NCBI GenBank assembly: GCA_038528605.1
Contig: JBCBEP010000001.1
Span: 25,202-89,201, forward strand
DNA: 64,000 nucleotides
Reading direction: 5' to 3'
From: Pseudomonadota bacterium
GTDB lineage: Bacteria > Pseudomonadota > Alphaproteobacteria > Rhodobacterales > Rhodobacteraceae
The position numbers and the translations under genes are program-made. Under the pieces are notes generated by a model. The model was not told where the DNA came from and ran no database searches. It saw only the letters and a list, made by a program, of their open reading frames with translations. This document shows positions 59,144 to 64,000 of this stretch, piece after piece; the first letter of the stretch is position 1; the number at the start of each line of letters is the position of its first letter.

Positions 59144-59952
59144 CGATGTCCCCGCAAGACCTCTCGGCTGCCCCGGGCGACGACCGTGCGGTGGCGGCGC
59201 CCTGGCGCTTCGTGCTCGCCACCGATCTCGACGGGACGTTTCTCGGCGGGACGGAGGAACACCGCCTGCAGCTCTATCGCTGGATCGAGACCCATCGCGC
59301 GGAGGTTGGCCTGATCTTCGTCACCGGGCGGGACCCGCGCTTTATCGAGGGCCTGTGCACGGACACGCCAGTGCCCTGGCCCGATTTCGTGGTCGGCGAT
59401 GTGGGCACCACCATCGCCCGCATGGCGCCCGCCGCGCCGGGCGGCAAGGTCAGCCCCATCCACGCGCTCGAGGAAGAGATCGCCGGCCTCTGGGGAGACG
59501 GGGGCACGAAAGTGCGCGCGGCACTCGACGGTCACCCCGGCCTCAGCCTCCAGCCGACCGATTTCCGCTTCCGCGTGAGCTACGACTACGACCCCGAGAC
59601 CTACGATCCGGCGGCCGAGGCCATCGTCGCGGCGTTGGGCTACGACCACCTGATCTCCGCCGACACCTATTTCGACGTGCTGCCCAAGGGGGTCAGCAAG
59701 GGCCCCTCGCTCACCCGCCTTGCCGGGCATCTGGGTCTCGAGCCGGGGCGGATCCTGGTGGCGGGCGACACGATGAACGACTATTCCATGTTCGAGACCG
59801 CGTTTCACGGCGTCGCTGTCGGCGGCTCGGAAGCCCCGCTCCTCGCCCGCGTGGCGGACAAGGGGCATGTGCTGAAGGCCGAGGGCATCGGCGCTGCCGG
59901 CATCATGGACGCCATCGCCCATTTCGACCTCTACGCGCCAGCGCCGCGCTGA
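59140..59952 (+). CDS. ggpP: HAD-IIB phosphatase (sucrose-6-phosphate-phosphatase-like). Candidate glucosylglycerol-phosphate phosphatase.
   Basis: Motif I LATDLDGTF, motif III K (VSKG), motif IV GDTMND. Start overlaps the gpsA stop (ATGA). Lies directly upstream of ggpS. Confidence 0.7.
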   Translation: MTMSPQDLSAAPGDDRAVAAPWRFVLATDLDGTFLGGTEEHRLQLYRWIETHRAEVGLIFVTGRDPRFIEGLCTDTPVPWPDFVVGDVGTTIARMAPAAPGGKVSPIHALEEEIAGLWGDGGTKVRAALDGHPGLSLQPTDFRFRVSYDYDPETYDPAAEAIVAALGYDHLISADTYFDVLPKGVSKGPSLTRLAGHLGLEPGRILVAGDTMNDYSMFETAFHGVAVGGSEAPLLARVADKGHVLKAEGIGAAGIMDAIAHFDLYAPAPR

Positions 59953-60023
59953 CGCGGCCCGCTACCCAGAAGCCAGGCCCCGGAGCCCCGTCGCCCCGGC
60001 GCCCGATCCCGGAAGGGGGACCC

Positions 60024-61526
60024 ATGACCTCGAAGCTCGTCATCGTCTATCACCGCCAGCCCTATGAGGAGGTGATCGAGGACGGGAAGCTCGTCCGGAA
60101 GGAGAACAAGAGTCCAAACGGCATCGTGCCCACGCTCAAGAGCTTCTTCGGCCGGCATGACGCGGGCGCCTGGGTCGCCTGGAAATATGCCGACGACCCG
60201 AACGAGCCGGATTTCGAGCGGGTGATCGAGATCGAGGACAGCTACGGCAAGTACACCGTCAGCCGCCTCGCGCTCACCAAGGAGCAGGTGTCGAGCTTCT
60301 ATCACGTGACCTCGAAGGAGGCGATCTGGCCGATCCTCCACAGCTTCAAGGACCGCTACAACTACGATCCCGTCGACTGGCCGACCTTTCGTGAAGTGAA
60401 CTGGGCGTTCGCCGAGGCGGCCGCGCGAGAGGCGGACGACGACAGCGTTATTTGGGTGCACGACTACAATCTCTGGCTCGTGCCGGTCTATCTCCGCCAG
60501 CTGAAGCCCAACGCCAAGATTGCCTTCTTCCATCACACACCGTTCCCGGCGGCGGACATGTTCAACGTGCTGCCCTGGCGGCGCGAGATCATCGAAAGCC
60601 TCCTGGCCTGCGACATCGTCGGCTTCCATATCCCTCGCTACGTGGCGAATTTCGTGAGCTGTGCGCATAGCCGGTTCGATGTGCGCGTGGTGGGCGAGGA
60701 GATGACGCCCGAGGATTTCTCGCCCTCCGGCCAGGCGCTCTCGGAGCGGACGACCTTCACGGAGGTGGAGTACGAGGGGCGACGCATCCTGCTCTCGGCG
60801 TTCCCGGTGGGCGTCGATGTCGACTACATCGAAGAGCTGGCACGGGCCGAGGAGACGGCGGAGCTGAAGGCGGCGATCCGCCAGGAGCTTGGTGGCAAGA
60901 AGCTTATCATCTCCGTTGGGCGGACGGACTATACGAAGGGCGGTATCGAGCTCCTGCAGGCCTATGAGCGCCTGCTGGAGCGGCGGCCGGCGCTGCGGGG
61001 TGAGGTGCGGCTGATGCTGGTGAGCGTCAGCGCCAACCGCAACATGGAAGCCTATGCGGAGGTGCAGGAGGCGATCGAGACCGCCGTCGGCCGGATCAAC
61101 GGCGCCTATGGCAGCTTCGAATGGCAGCCCGTATCGCTGATCTCCACGCCCATCCCCTTCCGCGATCTCGTCGCCTATTACCGCGCGGCGGACGTCGCCT
61201 GGATCACGCCGCTGGCAGACGGGCTGAACCTTGTCGCGGAGGAGTTCGTGGCGGCGCGGACCGACGGAGACGGCGTGCTCGTCCTCTCGGAATTTGCAGG
61301 CGTGGCCGTTGAGATGGCGGAGGCGGTGCTCACCAACCCGTTCTCGAACCGCTCCATGGATGCGGCGATCGACCAGGCGCTCGACATGGCCGAGGAGGAC
61401 CGCCGTGGTCGCATGGCTGCCCTCCGCGAAAAGGTCCACCGCTACGACATCGAGGCCTGGGCGAAGGAACAGCAGCGCCTGTTCGACGCGCTGGACGAAA
61501 AGCGCAAGGACAAAAGCGCCGCCTGA
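60024..61526 (+). CDS. ggpS: Glucosylglycerol-phosphate synthase (GT20, OtsA-like)
   Basis: Near-collinear similarity to cyanobacterial GgpS (LVIVYHRQPYEE...KSPNGIVPTLKSFF...YHVTSKEAIWPILHSF...WVHDYNLWL.P.Y.RQLKPNAKIAFFHHTPFP...NPF). GGAAGGGGGA Shine-Dalgarno. Confidence 0.85.
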   Translation: MTSKLVIVYHRQPYEEVIEDGKLVRKENKSPNGIVPTLKSFFGRHDAGAWVAWKYADDPNEPDFERVIEIEDSYGKYTVSRLALTKEQVSSFYHVTSKEAIWPILHSFKDRYNYDPVDWPTFREVNWAFAEAAAREADDDSVIWVHDYNLWLVPVYLRQLKPNAKIAFFHHTPFPAADMFNVLPWRREIIESLLACDIVGFHIPRYVANFVSCAHSRFDVRVVGEEMTPEDFSPSGQALSERTTFTEVEYEGRRILLSAFPVGVDVDYIEELARAEETAELKAAIRQELGGKKLIISVGRTDYTKGGIELLQAYERLLERRPALRGEVRLMLVSVSANRNMEAYAEVQEAIETAVGRINGAYGSFEWQPVSLISTPIPFRDLVAYYRAADVAWITPLADGLNLVAEEFVAARTDGDGVLVLSEFAGVAVEMAEAVLTNPFSNRSMDAAIDQALDMAEEDRRGRMAALREKVHRYDIEAWAKEQQRLFDALDEKRKDKSAA

Positions 61527-61544
61527 ACAGTTGGACTGCTTTTC

Positions 61545-61693
61545 CTGCGCCCGCGCCCACCCACGTCAGCTTGTGGCGGGTTCAGTAAAGATTCGGTGAC
61601 GTCGGCGCGGGTTGCCACTCGCGTCCGTCCGGTAGGCTGCACCATTTCTTAGGAGGATTGCGGCAAAACTTTCGTGGGTGGGCGCGGGCGCAG
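61545..61693. repeat. Perfect 21-bp inverted repeat (CTGCGCCCGCGCCCACCCACG / CGTGGGTGGGCGCGGGCGCAG) enclosing a 107-nt spacer, beginning 19 nt after ggpS
   Basis: Arms at 61545-61565 and 61673-61693. MITE-like geometry or a long-stem structured RNA. Confidence 0.8.
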
Positions 61694-61751
61694 CCTCGAC
61701 GTGCCACGCTCACGATAGGGGCTCACACCCCCGCAGCGCGGATGCCAGGCC

Positions 61752-62081
61752 TCACTCCCCCATTGCCGAGGGCGGCAATGGCGCGGGCGTGGTGGGCGTG
61801 TGTGCCTTTATTCCCGGCAGGAGCGCGCGGCGGGCCGCGCAGTATCGCCGGATCACGCTGAAGACCTGCAGTTCCGCCCCGTCCCAGGCCATGGTGCAAG
61901 CTAGGGTCATGCCGGAATGGGCCGCAGAGACACCGGCGGCGAGGCGCGCGGCGCGCGTGCGGTCGGCATCGGCGGCGCCGTGCACGCTCGCATTGAAGCG
62001 GGCAACGTCCACGGGGTTCGGCGGGATGGCACAGCCGGCCAGCAGCGCGGCCAACGTGACGGGAGCAAGACGGCGGAACAT
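61752..62081 (-). CDS. Small lipoprotein (109 aa) with a lipobox LLAGC
   Basis: MFRRLAPVTLAALLAGCAIPP signal/lipobox. GAGGAGG Shine-Dalgarno at -12. Downstream of the NMO gene on the same strand. Confidence 0.5.
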   Translation of the reverse strand: MFRRLAPVTLAALLAGCAIPPNPVDVARFNASVHGAADADRTRAARLAAGVSAAHSGMTLACTMAWDGAELQVFSVIRRYCAARRALLPGIKAHTPTTPAPLPPSAMGE

Positions 62082-62170
62082 CGGCAGGGCCTCCTCGGGC
62101 AATTCCTTCGCCCGTGACCCTGCGCGCCGCCGTGCACCCGTTGCGTGTTTCGGCCGGGGACCGCGCGGCG

Positions 62171-63175
62171 CTACTCCGCCGCGGCCGCCCGCTGCGCGAG
62201 ACCGAGCCGGGACCGAGCGCCCTCGTACTCCCGCGTCAGCCTGCCAACGATCTCCGCTGCGCCCTCGACCGACTTCACCGCGCCAACCCCTTGGCCCGCA
62301 CCCCAAATCTCCTTCCAGCTCTTCGGCTTGGAGGAGCCGTCCGCGAAGTTCATTTTCGAGGGATCGCTCTCCGGCAGGTCGTCCGGGTCCATGCCTGCGT
62401 TGCGGATCGAGCCCTTGAGATAGTTTCCATGCACGCCGGTGAAGAGCGAGGAGTAGACGATGTCGTCCGACATCGCATCCACGATCATCTGCTTGTAGGC
62501 CGGGTCCGCATTCGCCTCGTGGCTCGCGATGAAGGCCGAGCCGATATAGGCGAAATCCGCCCCCATGGCCTGCGCGGCGAGCACCGCATCACCTGTCGCG
62601 ATGCTGCCCGAAAGAAGTAGCGGCCCCTCGAACCAGGCGCGGATCTCCTGCACCAGCGCGAAGGGCGAGGTGGTGCCGGCATGCCCGCCGGCGCCGGCGG
62701 CTACGGCGATCAGCCCGTCCGCACCCTTCTCGATGGCCTTCCGCGCGAACCGGTCGTTGATCACGTCGTGCAGCGTGATGCCGCCGCAGGCATGGGCCGC
62801 CTCGTTCACCTCGACGCGCGCGCCGAGCGAGGTGATCCAGACCGGCACCTTCCATTTGTGACAGATCTCGATGTCGCGCTCGAGCCGGCCATTCGAGCGG
62901 TGGACGATCTGATTCACGGCGAAGGGGGCGGCCGGCGCGTCCGGGTTCGCCTGGTTATGCGCGTCCAGCGCCTCGGTGATCTCCTTCAGCCAGATCTCCA
63001 GCATGATCGGATCGCCCGGCTTCTCGCGCGCGTTGAGCGCTGGAAAGCTGCCGACGATGCCGGCCTTGCACTGCGCGATGACGAGCGCGGGGTTGGAGAC
63101 GATGAAGAGCGGCGCGCCGATCACGGGGAGTGAGAGGCGGCTCAGGGCGGCGGGCAGGCGGGTCGCGTCGGTCAT
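62171..63175 (-). CDS. Nitronate monooxygenase / 2-nitropropane dioxygenase-like FMN enzyme (NMO family)
   Basis: TIM-barrel NMO motifs (PVIGAPLFIVS, GGHAG, GADFAYIGSAF). Confidence 0.85.
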   Translation of the reverse strand: MTDATRLPAALSRLSLPVIGAPLFIVSNPALVIAQCKAGIVGSFPALNAREKPGDPIMLEIWLKEITEALDAHNQANPDAPAAPFAVNQIVHRSNGRLERDIEICHKWKVPVWITSLGARVEVNEAAHACGGITLHDVINDRFARKAIEKGADGLIAVAAGAGGHAGTTSPFALVQEIRAWFEGPLLLSGSIATGDAVLAAQAMGADFAYIGSAFIASHEANADPAYKQMIVDAMSDDIVYSSLFTGVHGNYLKGSIRNAGMDPDDLPESDPSKMNFADGSSKPKSWKEIWGAGQGVGAVKSVEGAAEIVGRLTREYEGARSRLGLAQRAAAAE

Positions 63176-63199
63176 GACAGCCTCGTGCTCGCGGCGGCC

Positions 63200-64000
63200 T
63201 CAACCCGGCGCGCCGATATTTCCGTTAACGTCAACTTTGTCCGTCAAGGGCGGGCTGGCCGCAAGCCCTGCCGCTGCGACACCCCCCTCCGAGAGATGCA
63301 CGCTTTCGAGGGTGAGCGTGGCGATGGTGGCGGTCTGGCCGGCGACGAGCACGGTCACCCGGGCGAGCGGTTCGGCGAGTGCGGTGGCGAAGGCGGGCGA
63401 AAGCCCGGCCTCACGGGCCGCGAGACGTGCCTCCGCCGCGCCGAGCGGGCCCTGGCGCCAGACCGTTGCGGCGCCCCGTCCTGCGGAGATACCGGTCATG
63501 GTGCCGAAGACGGGGTCGACCACGGAGCGCAGCGTGGCGATCTCCTCCGGCGGCCCGGTCTCTGGCGGCTCGCGCAGCGGTAGGCCAAGGGCTGCGAGCG
63601 AGGCGGCGAGAGCGCCTTCCAGCCCCGCTTCCTCGACATTCTCGGCGAGTCTCGCGCGCAGCGGCAGCCGGGGTGGGGCGCTCGCCTGCCGCGAGAGGGC
63701 GATGCCGAGTGTGGCAAGACCCGCTGCCGTGGCGAGGGCCGCGTGCGGGTCCGGATAGACCGCGATCTGCGCTTCGTTGGCGAGCGCCTGCATGTCTGCT
63801 GGCAGGAGAGCGGCGTGCAGCATCGGCGGCGCGGCGGTGCCCAGGTCCCACGCCGCTTCCGCCGCTTCCGCCATCGCCTCCAGCAGGGCAGGCGCGCCAT
63901 CATGCCCCGGCGCCGGCCAGACGCCGAGGATCAGGTCCACGCCGTCCGCATTCAGCAGCTGCGCCAGCCCGCTGCCGAGCCCGGCAGTGGTCGGCAGCGG
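63200..64000 (-). CDS. Hypothetical protein, 5'-partial (frame open to the window end). Possible CoA-binding-like region.
   Basis: No in-frame stop from 63200 to 64000 on the minus strand. Upstream of NMO in the same orientation. Confidence 0.45.
   Translation of the reverse strand, partial: PLPTTAGLGSGLAQLLNADGVDLILGVWPAPGHDGAPALLEAMAEAAEAAWDLGTAAPPMLHAALLPADMQALANEAQIAVYPDPHAALATAAGLATLGIALSRQASAPPRLPLRARLAENVEEAGLEGALAASLAALGLPLREPPETGPPEEIATLRSVVDPVFGTMTGISAGRGAATVWRQGPLGAAEARLAAREAGLSPAFATALAEPLARVTVLVAGQTATIATLTLESVHLSEGGVAAAGLAASPPLTDKVDVNGNIGAPG

Noticed and set aside
1-64000. CRISPR arrays, integrases, transposases or defence islands
   Set aside because: No direct-repeat/spacer periodicity was seen anywhere. 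None of the products show integrase, transposase, restriction-modification or abortive-infection motifs. The GC-rich runs are simple compositional bias.

Overview
A 64-kb, roughly 67% GC chromosomal segment with alphaproteobacterial gene content and synteny (Rhizobiales/Rhodobacterales-like). Most of it is core housekeeping, in recognisable conserved blocks. These are: a TPR protein with ispE and divergent ispB; phaA-phaB with divergent phaR; chvI-chvG-hprK-rapZ-manX(EIIA)-npr(HPr) with divergent pckA; a gamma-glutamyltransferase and an acyl-CoA dehydrogenase; a family-4/5 uracil-DNA glycosylase and a NYN domain protein; folK-rpoZ-spoT; DUF2062-pdxJ-LysE-acpS-lepB-rnc-era-DUF1491-recO; ispH, a SAM methyltransferase, rnhA and a DUF389 protein; an SPFH protein, a tRNA and gabD; def-fmt; the malyl-CoA lyase mcl1; accA; and a complete mrpABCDEFG Na+/H+ antiporter operon followed directly by gpsA, a HAD phosphatase and a GT20 glucosylglycerol-phosphate synthase (ggpS). 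I found no CRISPR array, integrase, transposase, toxin-antitoxin pair or recognisable defence island. The non-canonical content is mostly non-coding. It includes a ~130-bp MITE/REP-like element present as two inverted copies flanking the SPFH/tRNA/gabD patch, an aberrant tRNA next to a tRNA 3' fragment, and several long perfect inverted repeats. These are a 24-bp repeat between phaA and phaB, a 21-bp repeat enclosing a 107-nt spacer after ggpS, and a 15-bp stem after accA. There is also a short GC-rich 22-mer recurring downstream of three genes, a few small ORFs below the ORF-track length cut-off, and a degenerate GGDEF-EAL protein that overlaps the 3' end of phaR. The most system-like feature is the mrp / gpsA / ggpP / ggpS osmoadaptation supermodule. 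Coordinates of hairpins and repeats were derived by eye and anchored to ORF-track coordinates, so they may be off by 1-2 nt.
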